Below, piece after piece: positions 30,271 through 40,255 of a stretch of 64,000 nt of DNA (the stretch's first letter is position 1; every line of letters starts with the position of its first letter). The notes under the pieces are model-generated. The model was not told the origin of the DNA and made no database searches. It saw only the letters and a program-made list of their open reading frames with translations. This DNA is from Alphaproteobacteria bacterium (GTDB lineage: Bacteria > Pseudomonadota > Alphaproteobacteria > Rs-D84 > SZUA-605), in contig JAVBPW010000001.1 in assembly GCA_031549385.1 (NCBI GenBank), positions 64,001 to 128,000 on the forward strand. The letters are read 5' to 3'. The translations under genes were made by a program, and so were the position numbers.

Positions 30271-31899
30271 TTATAAATCTAGTAAATGATATATACTTTC
30301 AATGATTTCTTTGGAAACGGGAGCTGCATTTGAGGCAGCTGTTCTGCCATAAACTCCTGCTTTTTCTCTTGGTTCATCAAACATTATAAATAGACTGTAC
30401 TGAGGGTTTTCTATTGGGAAAGCTGAGGCAAATACTGCTATAATCTTGCGTCTTTCATATTTACCACCTACTAGTTTTTCAGCTGTACCCGTTTTACCAC
30501 CTATATTGATACCTCTTACTCTTGAATATTGACCTGAACCATCAAGCATAACTCTGGACATATATCCTCGCATTTTAGTAGATACTTCTGGACTTAATAC
30601 CTGGCGACCGTCTATTGGTTTTCCCATTTCTGGAGGCATAAATCTTGGGTGTATGTAATAACCACCATTTACCAATGCGTTCATAGATGTTAAATATTGG
30701 AATGGAGATACTGATATATTATATCCGTATGAAACTGATGACGACGATGCTTTAGTCCATGTCTTTGGAGTCATTGGAGGAGCTACTGGTTTCATTTTTG
30801 TTTTTACTGAGTCTAATAAATTTAATTTTGTTAAAAAATTCTTTTGAAAATCTATACCCATATCTTCAACCATATGAACAGAACCTATGTTTGATGATTT
30901 TGCTAAAATTAACCCCATGTCTGCATATTGTTGTTCCATTTTGTGATTGTCTTTTACTGTGAATCGACCTATTTTTATAGGAACCCAAACTTCGTATTTT
31001 TTGTTTTCTGGAATTCCAAACTCTAATGCTGCAGCTGTGTTAAATAATTTAAATACTGATCCTAATTCATATACACCTTGAGTGATTTTATTAAATTTAT
31101 TATAGTCTGGATATTTACCTATATCTTTTGGATCAAATGATGGAAGTGATATCATTGCTATGATTTCACCTGTGTTTGGATTCATTAATAAGCCAGCGGC
31201 TCCTATTGCTTCATATTTTTCTTGAGCAGATTTTAAAACTTTATACATTAAATTTTGAATTCTTGAATCTATTGAAACTTTTACTGTAGCATTTGTTCCT
31301 TTTAATTCTTCATTGAACATTTGTTCCATTCCATAAACACCATTGTTATTTGAATCTACCATTCCTATTACATGTGCAGTTAATGCACCTTGCGGGTATA
31401 CTCTTTCTTGAGAGTCTTCAAATTCAAGACCAGGATCGCCTATTAACTTAATTTTATGAACTTCTTGTGGTGTAAGTTTTTTCTGAATATATGTAAAACT
31501 TTTACCATTTGTTAATTTTCTGTAAACTTCTGAATATTTTAAATTTGAGAAAATTTTTGTTAACTCTTTAGCAGTATGTTCTGGGCTTAGAATTTTAGTT
31601 GAATTACAATATAGGTTTTTTGTTATTAAATTAGTTGCTAATATATCTCCATTTCTATCAACTATATTTCCACGAATGAAATCTTGATTAGGTAAAATTC
31701 TTTCTTTAGAAGATGAAAACTGAATTGTTGCAAATACATTTGCTAATATAAAAATTAAAACTACATTGATAAGAAAAATAGCCCAATTAGATCTTTTTCT
31801 TACTAAAGAATCAAGTTCCTGCTCTGTTTCTTTATATACCTTATTTAAGGGTATTTCAGAACCTACAGAAAATCCAAAATGATCTTTATTCGTTGACAC
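30271..31899 (-). CDS. ftsI: Cell-division transpeptidase PBP3
   Basis: RGNIVDRNG, R.YPQG, SxxK (GSVFK), SxN (SSN), KTG; mraZ-rsmH-ftsL context. Confidence 0.93.
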   Translation of the reverse strand: MSTNKDHFGFSVGSEIPLNKVYKETEQELDSLVRKRSNWAIFLINVVLIFILANVFATIQFSSSKERILPNQDFIRGNIVDRNGDILATNLITKNLYCNSTKILSPEHTAKELTKIFSNLKYSEVYRKLTNGKSFTYIQKKLTPQEVHKIKLIGDPGLEFEDSQERVYPQGALTAHVIGMVDSNNNGVYGMEQMFNEELKGTNATVKVSIDSRIQNLMYKVLKSAQEKYEAIGAAGLLMNPNTGEIIAMISLPSFDPKDIGKYPDYNKFNKITQGVYELGSVFKLFNTAAALEFGIPENKKYEVWVPIKIGRFTVKDNHKMEQQYADMGLILAKSSNIGSVHMVEDMGIDFQKNFLTKLNLLDSVKTKMKPVAPPMTPKTWTKASSSSVSYGYNISVSPFQYLTSMNALVNGGYYIHPRFMPPEMGKPIDGRQVLSPEVSTKMRGYMSRVMLDGSGQYSRVRGINIGGKTGTAEKLVGGKYERRKIIAVFASAFPIENPQYSLFIMFDEPREKAGVYGRTAASNAAPVSKEIIESIYHLLDL

Positions 31900-32179
31900 T
31901 TGATAAATCCTTTATAGATATATTATCTTTTGGTAAAATTGTTTCGTAAGTGCTAATTTTATTTTTTGTAAATGTATTAAAATTTTCTATCTTTAATGAA
32001 TAACTCCATTCTGCTTGAAGCAAATTATTTTCATTATAAAGTCTTGCATATTCTTTTATGTCGTGCTTAAGTTGTCTTTCGTGATATGTAATTGAATTTT
32101 GTAATACGAAAACAATTATTAACAATAATATTGTTATTGCTATTAATAAATAATAAAAAATAGTTGCTTTCTTTTCCAT
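31886..32179 (-). CDS. ftsL: Cell division protein FtsL-like
   Basis: One TM plus coiled coil with LQAEWSY (alpha FtsL L.AEW.YL); between rsmH and ftsI. Confidence 0.75.
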   Translation of the reverse strand: MEKKATIFYYLLIAITILLLIIVFVLQNSITYHERQLKHDIKEYARLYNENNLLQAEWSYSLKIENFNTFTKNKISTYETILPKDNISIKDLSSVNE

Positions 32180-33126
32180 TATATTTCCTTCTTTTTAATA
32201 GCTCTTAATCTTGCTGAGCGACTTCTTTGATTTTGACTGATTTCTTTGTCTGATGGTTTGATTGCTGAATTAGTTAGCAATATAAAATTCTTTACTTCTT
32301 CTTTTGTTGTCGGCGCATAGCGAGATACTGATTTTTGTTTTGAAAGGTCGTTAAACGTATCTTTTACTAATCTGTCTTCCAATGAATGAAATGATACTAC
32401 TGCAAAAATCCCATTTTTATTTAATGTTTCAGGAACAGTTTTTAAAACTTCTTCAAGCTGACCTAGCTCATCATTAATAAAAATTCTTATAGCTTGAAAA
32501 ATTCTTGCTGCTGATTTTCCATTTCTTGCTGTTTGATCTATTATTGTTTTTAATTCTGAAGTTGTCTTAATTGGCTTTTGAGCTCTGAGTTTTACTATAC
32601 GGTTTGCTATCATCTTAGATAATGGTTCTTCACCATATTTTTTAAATATATCATAAAGATCAGATGCATCAAATTCATTTACTACTTCATAAGCTGAAAT
32701 TTCATTTTTTCCCATTCTCATATCTAATGGTCCATCATTTTGATATGAAAAACCACGATGAGCTTGGTCAATTTGCATTGATGATAAACCTAAATCAAGA
32801 ACTACATAGTCTGGATTTTTTACATAATCAGCAATTGTTGAAAAAGTGTCGTTTATAAATACAAATCTGTCTTTATATTTTTCTTTGAATTTTTTTGCCT
32901 GAGGAATTACTGTTTCATCTCTGTCAAATGCATATAGTTTTGCTTTTGGAAAAGTTTCTAATAATTCTTTTGAATAACCGCCATTACCAAATGTTCCATC
33001 AACTATTATCTTTGGATTATTTGTTGCTAAATTAATAACTTCTTTTAATAAAACAGGAATATGGCAACTTTGCTCTGTGCCAGTTGATTGTTCTTTTTCA
33101 TTAAAAACAATTTTTGATTTTTTCAT
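32179..33126 (-). CDS. rsmH: 16S rRNA m4C1402 methyltransferase
   Basis: HIPVLL, DGTFGNGGYS, DLGLSSMQID, SFHSLEDR, RSARLR. Confidence 0.98.
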   Translation of the reverse strand: MKKSKIVFNEKEQSTGTEQSCHIPVLLKEVINLATNNPKIIVDGTFGNGGYSKELLETFPKAKLYAFDRDETVIPQAKKFKEKYKDRFVFINDTFSTIADYVKNPDYVVLDLGLSSMQIDQAHRGFSYQNDGPLDMRMGKNEISAYEVVNEFDASDLYDIFKKYGEEPLSKMIANRIVKLRAQKPIKTTSELKTIIDQTARNGKSAARIFQAIRIFINDELGQLEEVLKTVPETLNKNGIFAVVSFHSLEDRLVKDTFNDLSKQKSVSRYAPTTKEEVKNFILLTNSAIKPSDKEISQNQRSRSARLRAIKKKEI

Positions 33127-33160
33127 TTCGCCTTATTATACCAAAAAACTTAACTTTGGT

Positions 33161-33613
33161 CTAGTTATTTATCTTTAAAGTAGGTCTATTTTTTAAGGCA
33201 TCAGCACGTAATTCATCTTGATATTTTTTAAACACAGAAGGTTCCCAGATTTGGAATGTTTTTCCACATCCTACAAAACATGCTTCTTTTTTAATTCCTG
33301 CATATTCTAACAAGTCAGCTGGAATACTTATTCTTCCTGCTGAATCTACTCCTAATTGTCTTGCATCTGCAAATATTAATGAGTTAATAGAATTTTGATC
33401 TTTTGAAAAAATATCTAAATTATCTGATGCGTCTGATAATAATTCCATACGTGATGTTGAACATCCTTCTATACATTTGTTTGTAAATGAACGATATAAT
33501 ACTACTGTTTGATTTACTTGATTTTGTGATAATTGACTACGAAAAGTAGATGGCATCGAAACTCTTCCTTGATGACCTATCAAATTTGTAAAAACAGATA
33601 AAAATAAACTCAC
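33161..33613 (-). CDS. mraZ: Division/cell-wall cluster regulator MraZ (GTG start)
   Basis: Two repeats (GRVSMP; DSAGRISIP), FVG.G..FQIW; precedes rsmH. Confidence 0.93.
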   Translation of the reverse strand: MSLFLSVFTNLIGHQGRVSMPSTFRSQLSQNQVNQTVVLYRSFTNKCIEGCSTSRMELLSDASDNLDIFSKDQNSINSLIFADARQLGVDSAGRISIPADLLEYAGIKKEACFVGCGKTFQIWEPSVFKKYQDELRADALKNRPTLKINN

Positions 33614-33690
33614 GTACTTTCCTTTTTTTATTTTTTCTTACTACTTTTTATAATGAAATTTTAATGCAAGTCAATGACAAAATCAAATAT

Positions 33691-33720
33691 CTTTATGACT
33701 CTTTGTGACTCTTTTTACTT
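33691..33720. repeat. Three 10-bp direct repeats upstream of mraZ
   Basis: ctttatgact ctttgtgact ctttttactt. Confidence 0.6.
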
Positions 33721-33850
33721 TTTTTAAGTATTTTTGATGAAAAAATGAAGAAAAATGCAAAAAAAGATTTTTTATACTTGACATGCGAATCGGAATCATT
33801 ATTAAAATAGATATACCGAGTCGCAAAAACTCAAAAAAGGAGAAGGGAAA

Positions 33851-34189
33851 ATGGAAAAGAAACAAAATATGACAGAACTTATGAGAACAATTGATTTAGT
33901 ATTAGATAAAGTTGTTTGGGTAAATAATAATGGAGATATGGTATCACTTAAAGATTTGTTACATGTAACAAACAAAGATGGATCTGCTCGTAATATAGAA
34001 GATTTAGAAAGACCTGACTTAATTGGTGCTTTCACATCTCTTCAAATCAGACACGAATTGTTTTCTGTAAAAATTGCTGATTTATCAAATGATGAAATGG
34101 CTGCTAAAATTAAAGATCTAGTTTTCTTTGAAACAAAAGCAATACTTGAAAAAGCAGATGTTGCTGTTGTTGATGAAAAAGTTGCTTAA
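33851..34189 (+). CDS. Hypothetical protein
   Basis: 112 aa, purine-rich SD region, normal codon use, terminator downstream. Confidence 0.8.
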   Translation: MEKKQNMTELMRTIDLVLDKVVWVNNNGDMVSLKDLLHVTNKDGSARNIEDLERPDLIGAFTSLQIRHELFSVKIADLSNDEMAAKIKDLVFFETKAILEKADVAVVDEKVA

Positions 34190-34215
34190 ACTTTAATATA
34201 TAAATCTTTCTACTC

Positions 34216-34244
34216 AAAAAAGCCTTGCGAAAGCGAGGTTTTTT
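34216..34244 (+). terminator. Intrinsic terminator
   Basis: gccttgc-gaaa-gcgaggt followed by T tract. Confidence 0.75.
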
Positions 34245-34413
34245 CTTTTTATAAATTAGATGATTAATGAATTATCTTAGCGTGGATTTATAAAAAAATC
34301 AATAAAAGATTCAACTATTTAGTGTTGTAATATTTTGAAGTAAATTTTTACTAGATTTATTTTTTTTCGGGTTTATTATCGTATTTATGGCTAATTTAAA
34401 AAAGGAGATAACC

Positions 34414-35262
34414 ATGAAAAAAATTTTACTATCAACTATCGCTACATTAGCAGTATGTGGATCAGCTATGGCTGCTGACAGAGTATCAGTACTTGACCCA
34501 ACATACCGTGCAAAAGAAGGTGTTGTTGCTGCTAATTTTGATGTATTCTTAAGAACAGGAGAAACAAAATCTGGCGATCATATGACAAACATATCTGCTT
34601 CTACATGGGAAGTTGGAGATGCTAACTTTGCTTATGGATTAACAGATCGTTGGATGTTAACAGCTAAAGTTGCTGGTAATAATGTAAATGCTCTTGCTGT
34701 ACTTAATCCTGCTTATAATGATGGAAATGCACAAATCGGAATTGATTACCAAGTATTACCAGGAAAAGAATTTGGTATTAACTTATTTGGTAAATTAGGT
34801 CTTGGTTTAACAAAAGATACAGCTGCTGGTGGAGTAAGCATTCCTTTAGAACGTAATGATGTTACATTTGGTGCTAAATTCTTTGGAGCTTCTGGACAAT
34901 TTGCATGGGGCGTTACTGCTGCTGCTTATTATGCTTTAGAATCAGAACTTAAAACTCCTGCTAAAGTTACACTAGATGATAGAATGGATCTTTTATTATC
35001 TCTTGAAGCATTATATTCTTTGAACAAAGATTGGGCATTGAAAGCACAATTTGATTTAAGAATGTATGGAGAACAAGAAAGCAACACAGGTATGAATATA
35101 GATAGTTTTGAAGATATGGCTTTAACATTTGGTGCAGTTTATTCTGTAAAAAACGTTGCAATTATGCCTTATTTTAAATATCACTTTGAAAATGAACTTG
35201 GTAATGCTGATATGGGCGACGATTATTATCAAATTGGTATGAAAATTGGATTTGATTTCTAA
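34414..35262 (+). CDS. Outer-membrane beta-barrel protein (porin-like)
   Basis: Signal peptide after AAGGAG SD; alternating beta strands; C-terminal YQIGMKIGFDF BAM signature. Confidence 0.8.
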   Translation: MKKILLSTIATLAVCGSAMAADRVSVLDPTYRAKEGVVAANFDVFLRTGETKSGDHMTNISASTWEVGDANFAYGLTDRWMLTAKVAGNNVNALAVLNPAYNDGNAQIGIDYQVLPGKEFGINLFGKLGLGLTKDTAAGGVSIPLERNDVTFGAKFFGASGQFAWGVTAAAYYALESELKTPAKVTLDDRMDLLLSLEALYSLNKDWALKAQFDLRMYGEQESNTGMNIDSFEDMALTFGAVYSVKNVAIMPYFKYHFENELGNADMGDDYYQIGMKIGFDF

Positions 35263-35281
35263 TCTGAAATCAATGATAAAT

Positions 35282-35310
35282 AAAAATCCGGTTAAATGCC
35301 GGATTTTTTT
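35282..35310 (+). terminator. Intrinsic terminator
   Basis: aaaatccgg-ttaaatg-ccggattttttt. Confidence 0.8.
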
Positions 35311-35335
35311 GTTTCGGGTAAAACCATTAATACTC

Positions 35336-35529
35336 AATATTTAAAAAAGTGCCTTTTAGGCACTTTAATTTTATACTTGTTACAGGATGTCCTCAATGCT
35401 TTGCATCTGCGGGCTCCTCATACGAATTGAAAATTCTACTCGTCGGACAAACCTGTTCCTCGTAAGTACTTCGGGATATAAAACCTAAATCCCAATATTA
35501 AAAAAGGTGCCATAAAGGCACTTTTTTAA
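35336..35529 (-). repeat. tRNA-Lys-linked repeat: duplicated terminator plus interrupted T-arm copy
   Basis: Hairpins aaagtgcc-tttta-ggcacttt (about 35346) and aaggtgcc-ataaa-ggcacttt (about 35504); gttacaggat at 35379 is identical to tRNA 35538-35547. Confidence 0.6.
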
Positions 35530-35605
35530 TGGTGGGCGTTACAGGATTCGAACCTGTGACCCATTGATTAAGAGTCAATTGCTCTACCAACTGAGCTAAA
35601 CGCCC
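35530..35605 (-). tRNA. tRNA-Lys (CTT)
   Basis: GGGCGTTTAGCTCAGTTGGTAGAGCAATTGACTCTTAATCAATGGGTCACAGGTTCGAATCCTGTAACGCCCACCA; cloverleaf with encoded CCA. Confidence 0.97.
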
Positions 35606-35734
35606 CAATACGTTTTTAAGATGGTATGAGTTTATATGTATCGTAAAAAAAAATCAAGACAAAATAAATTCCTTGATTTTTAATCAGGTTTTGTCGATAA
35701 TTTCTTACTATATATTTAACCAAGGAGAAAACTT

Positions 35735-35953
35735 ATGAACATTACACCAAAAGAAATTGAACTTTTAACTCAATACATTCAAAAGAAATTTGGTAATAAA
35801 GACCTTCGCTTTGTTAAAGGTTTGTCTGAAGATTCTGTTGAACTCCTTTTAAAAGATGAATTCATTGGAACTATTTATAAAGATGATGACAACGGTGACG
35901 TTTCTTATGATTTAAATATTTCTATCTTAGATTTTGATTTGAAAAATTCATAA
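35735..35953 (+). CDS. DUF3126 family protein
   Basis: EI..L..Y....FGN...DS.E....DEFIG.IY.D...G..SY....ILD pattern of this alphaproteobacterial family. Confidence 0.8.
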   Translation: MNITPKEIELLTQYIQKKFGNKDLRFVKGLSEDSVELLLKDEFIGTIYKDDDNGDVSYDLNISILDFDLKNS

Positions 35954-36008
35954 CTTATGAAATTATTAAAAATAAGGTTTTTAACAATTTAACAAGTTTA
36001 ATAATAAT
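35952..36008. repeat. Dispersed palindromic repeat, copy 1
   Basis: aacttatgaaattattaaaaa-taagg-tttttaacaatttaacaagtt-taataataat. Confidence 0.85.
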
Positions 36009-36031
36009 TTTTTATTTTAATTTATTATTTT

Positions 36032-37042
36032 TTAAGATTTTAGTTCTTCAAGTGGCCAACGTGGTCGTGGAGTTGTATTTAATGAGCTAAATTGATTTAG
36101 CTTTGCATTTTCCAACCCAGCGACTGCTATCATTACACCATTGTCTGTACATAGCTTTGGGTCTGGAATATGAGTATCCACACCTAATTTATTTGCTACA
36201 TCTGTCAGAGTTTGTCTTAATTCAGAATTACGAGCTACCCCTCCTGATACAACTAATGTTTTTAAGCCTGTTTCTTTTAATGCTCTTTGAACTTTCTTTT
36301 CAAAACATTTACATAATGCAGATTGAAATGATGCACATAAATCATATTTGTCTTGTTCAGTTTTAATTTCACCTTTTGCAACTATATTTCTTACAGCACT
36401 TTTCATTCCTGAAAAAGAAAAATTACAATTGTCTTCATTAATTAATGGAAGAGGTAATTTAAATCTTTTACTATCACCCTGCTTTGCAAGTGCGTCAATT
36501 TTTCCGCCACCTGGATATTCATAGCCTAATAATTTTGCTACTTTATCAAATGCCTCCCCTGCTGCATCGTCAATTGTTGTTCCAAGAATTGTAAAATCAT
36601 TTGTGCCTTTTACTTCCAATATCTGACAATGACCCCCAGAAGTTAATACTAATAAAAAGGGATAGTTAGTATTATGAGTTAATCTGGACATTAATGCATG
36701 ACCTTGTAAATGATTTACTGCCATATATGGTTTACCAGTTGCATAGCAAATTGATTTTGCAAATGTTGTTCCTATTAATAAACCACCTATTAACCCTGGC
36801 CCTGAAGTTGCTGCTATTACATCTATATCTTCTAATTTTAAATTAGCTTGTTTTAGAGCCTCATTAAATAAAATGTCTATTTTTTCTATATGACTTCTTG
36901 AGGCAATTTCTGGAACTACCCCACCATATACTGAATGTAAATCAATTTGAGAATACAATACATTTGCTAAAATCTCATATTTATCGTTGATTATAGCAAT
37001 ACCTGTTTCGTCGCAACTTGTTTCTATACCTAATACTATCAT
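36032..37042 (-). CDS. tsaD: tRNA N6-adenosine threonylcarbamoyltransferase
   Basis: LGIETSCDET, GGVVPEIASRSH, NHLQGH, DDAAGEAFDK, CTDNG. Confidence 0.98.
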   Translation of the reverse strand: MIVLGIETSCDETGIAIINDKYEILANVLYSQIDLHSVYGGVVPEIASRSHIEKIDILFNEALKQANLKLEDIDVIAATSGPGLIGGLLIGTTFAKSICYATGKPYMAVNHLQGHALMSRLTHNTNYPFLLVLTSGGHCQILEVKGTNDFTILGTTIDDAAGEAFDKVAKLLGYEYPGGGKIDALAKQGDSKRFKLPLPLINEDNCNFSFSGMKSAVRNIVAKGEIKTEQDKYDLCASFQSALCKCFEKKVQRALKETGLKTLVVSGGVARNSELRQTLTDVANKLGVDTHIPDPKLCTDNGVMIAVAGLENAKLNQFSSLNTTPRPRWPLEELKS

Positions 37043-37130
37043 GCAAAGTCTTTTAACAAATCTTTTAGAATTTCACAAGAGAAAAGTTTTTCCTTTATTT
37101 AATTGTTATTTTGCTTTATAATTTGTTCTT

Positions 37131-37805
37131 ATGACAATGTTTATTAACGAATTTGATATTATCCTTTTTTTAGTAGTTCTTATTACAGCATTCTTTGGAT
37201 ATAAAAGAGGCTTTTCAAGAGAAACACTTTCTATTGGTGCTTGGATACTTGCTATTATTACTACTAATTTTTTTGCACCACATTTAAGAGATTTGTTAAT
37301 TAAATCTTTTGAACTGTCTGATATACTTTGTGCCCTTATTGCATATTTTGTTATTTTTTTAATTTTTATTGTTATTTTTTCTTACTTTGTAAAAAAAGCA
37401 TCAATCATATTACATAAAACAGAATTTAAATCTATTGATCAGGGATTAGGATTTTTATTTGGAATTATTAAAGGAATTGCTTTTTGCTGTTTGATTTATA
37501 TTTTTATGATTTGGTTAATACCTATAAAAGAAAAACGTCCTGACTGGTTCAATAATGCAAGGTCAGAACCATTTTTGAAAATAGCTTCAGAATCATTGGA
37601 AACTTTACTTATTCCTGATACTAAGAATTCTATTCTACGAAAAGAAAAACCTTCTAAACTTGATCTTTTAAATAATAATGATTCATATGAATTATTATTG
37701 AAACCTGCTATTAAAAATAAAGGCGATCAAAACTCTGATAAAGTTGGATATACTTCTGAAGAGCGAAAGAGTTTAGAAAAAGTTCTTTTCCAAATAGCTA
37801 ACTAA
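37131..37805 (+). CDS. cvpA: CvpA family membrane protein
   Basis: GYKRGFSRE, IDQGLGFLFGIIKG; 4 TM plus soluble tail. Confidence 0.85.
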   Translation: MTMFINEFDIILFLVVLITAFFGYKRGFSRETLSIGAWILAIITTNFFAPHLRDLLIKSFELSDILCALIAYFVIFLIFIVIFSYFVKKASIILHKTEFKSIDQGLGFLFGIIKGIAFCCLIYIFMIWLIPIKEKRPDWFNNARSEPFLKIASESLETLLIPDTKNSILRKEKPSKLDLLNNNDSYELLLKPAIKNKGDQNSDKVGYTSEERKSLEKVLFQIAN

Positions 37806-37890
37806 TCTGTTTTACATTTAATTTTTTGTTAAAAAGTCTTGTATAAAGACTATTTTTGAGGTATAATTGATGCCATAGGAGAGGTCTTTA

Positions 37891-39081
37891 ATGAAGAAAT
37901 TATTTTTGTTAGCTTTCGCTGTTGTGTTCTCAGCTTGCTTTTTTGTATCGCAACAATCTTACGCTCAAGCTGTGAGAGGACATTCTGTTTATAACAAAAC
38001 TAGACCTACTGGAACTGGAAAAAATCCTTATTATTTTACTCGAACAAGAAAAGCTATGTCTTTTAGTAAAGATGATTGCGAATATGAAATAAAACTTTGT
38101 TTGGATGAATATTGCTATGACGAATTTGACGGATATAAAAATTGCCGTGATAAAAATATAGAAGAATTTAATCAAGTTATTGATAGCTGCTTTACTGGTA
38201 TGCCTTCAGCAGTTTTGCGTGATACTTACAGAAATCAATGTAAATCTTATATTGTTTCTGGGGTTAATTCTTATGTAAAACAAATGAAACAATTCTTGAA
38301 TTACCAAACAACTATGAAAGAATGCGATAATGCAAAAGATATGGTGCGAGCTGCTCAAGCTTGTTATGGAATTGCTATTACTAAAGGTGCTAATTCTTGG
38401 AATAAAGATTTAAGAAATACTCTTGATCTTGCTTGTGGAAGTTCTGTAGCTGGTGGTTCTGATATTATGGTTGAAGAATTCTTCAGTGCTGGATACATGG
38501 GTACTGATGGAGCTGGTTGGTTAGCAAATTTTGGTATGCTTAACTTTACTTCAAAGAAAAATGGATGGGAAAAAGTTATTGATGCTATTTTAGCTAGATA
38601 TATTGATATCAAAAAGACAGAATGTGGCGAAGGAGAATATGATGTTTCTCAAGTTGGACAAGCCGCTTCTCAATTACAATCTCAAGGTGACGCTCTTCGA
38701 GTTGGAGTTGCTGCTGGAATAGTTGCTAATGTTGCTGAAAAACAACAAGAAAAGCAAGTAATTGAAGAAGCTTCTGTAATCTATCTTGACCTTGTTGGTA
38801 AAATATCTGGATATACTCATGAAGATTTGAAGATTGCTTTACAAAACTATAAGAGTAACACAAATATACTTGGTAACCCTGCTGTTATTATTGATTACCT
38901 AAAAGGTAGTGCTGCTAAGATTAAAGAAGGCACATTAATTGCTGTTAAGACAGAATCTGGATGCTATGCATATAGAGTTAATGATGCACGCGCTTCTTCC
39001 TTGACAAAGTTGGGAACTGATAATATTAATAAATATACAGCTTCTAACCCACAATTGAAAGCTGCTTTGAATTGTAAGTAA
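37891..39081 (+). CDS. Secreted Cys-rich hypothetical protein
   Basis: Signal peptide; Cx6Cx4C module shared with the protein at 25011. Confidence 0.85.
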   Translation: MKKLFLLAFAVVFSACFFVSQQSYAQAVRGHSVYNKTRPTGTGKNPYYFTRTRKAMSFSKDDCEYEIKLCLDEYCYDEFDGYKNCRDKNIEEFNQVIDSCFTGMPSAVLRDTYRNQCKSYIVSGVNSYVKQMKQFLNYQTTMKECDNAKDMVRAAQACYGIAITKGANSWNKDLRNTLDLACGSSVAGGSDIMVEEFFSAGYMGTDGAGWLANFGMLNFTSKKNGWEKVIDAILARYIDIKKTECGEGEYDVSQVGQAASQLQSQGDALRVGVAAGIVANVAEKQQEKQVIEEASVIYLDLVGKISGYTHEDLKIALQNYKSNTNILGNPAVIIDYLKGSAAKIKEGTLIAVKTESGCYAYRVNDARASSLTKLGTDNINKYTASNPQLKAALNCK

Positions 39082-39094
39082 AGGATAGTTTTTT

Positions 39095-40166
39095 ATGTAC
39101 GATATTAAAATTCAGATTGATGAAATCAAGAATAACCTAGATATCATTGCGAGGTATCTTTGATATTCCTTCGTTGGAAAATCGACTTTTGGAAATAAAC
39201 AAACAAGTGGAAAATCCTAAATTTTGGGATGATAATGCTCTTGCTTCTTCAACATTAAAAGAAAAAAAATCAATAGAAGATAAATTAACAAGCTATAAAT
39301 TAGCTTTTGAATCTTTAAAAAATTTACATGAAATGTATGATTTTTTACAAAACCAGAACGACTTATCATTAATTGATGAACTTGATAAACAAGTTAAAAA
39401 AGATTTAAAAAATTCTGAATTGTTAAAAATCCAAGTTAAGTTTGTTGATGAAATAGATAAATCAGGATGCTATCTTGAAATTCATAGCGGTGCTGGTGGT
39501 ACTGAGGCTTGCGATTGGGCTAATATGATTAAAGATATGTATATTAATTTTGCTAATAAACGTGGATTTAAATTAGAAATTGTTGATGAACTTGATGGAG
39601 ATGTTGCTGGAATAAAATCTGCTACATTACAAATCGACGGAATGTATGCTTATGGATGGTTGAAAAATGAAAGCGGAGTTCATAGATTAGTTCGAATTTC
39701 TCCTTTTGATTCTACTGGTAAACGTCATACCTCTTTTGCTTCTGTTTGGGTTTATCCTATTGTTGATGATAGTATTAATATTGAAATAAATGAAAAAGAT
39801 TTAAGAATTGATACTTATAGAGCATCGGGGGCTGGTGGGCAACATATTAATAAAACTGATAGCGCTGTTAGAATTACTCATATTCCTACAAACACTATTG
39901 TGCAATGCCAAAGTGAGAGGTCTCAACATAAAAATAAAGATATGGCTATGAAAATGTTGAAAAGTAAATTGTATGAACTTCAACTTCAAGAAAAACAAGC
40001 TGAACTTGATAAACAAAATGCAACCAAGAACAAAATAGAATGGGGTTCTCAAATAAGGTCTTATGTTATGCAACCTTATACAAAAGTTAAAGATTTAAGA
40101 ACTGATATTGAAACTCCTGATGTTGATTCTGTACTTGCTGGAGATCTTGAAGTATTTATAAATTAA
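39095..40166 (+). CDS. prfB: Peptide chain release factor 2, +1 programmed frameshift at CTT-TGA (39158-39163)
   Basis: Frame-0 MYDIKIQIDEIKNNLDIIARYL*, internal SD-like GAGG, then the +1 frame with SPF and GGQ motifs. Confidence 0.95.
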
Positions 40167-40255
40167 CTATATTTTTATTGGTTAATTTTTCAATTGTGTT
40201 TTCTTTTTGAATAGTTTAAAATATTATTAGAAATATAAAAAGGGTGAGGAAGGCT

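Noticed and set aside
35952-36008. Repeat as a CtrA box
   Set aside because: The TTAA half-sites within each arm are 4 nt apart, not the TTAA-N7-TTAA consensus.
39147-40166. prfB as a truncated gene or pseudogene
   Set aside because: Explained by the canonical programmed frameshift.
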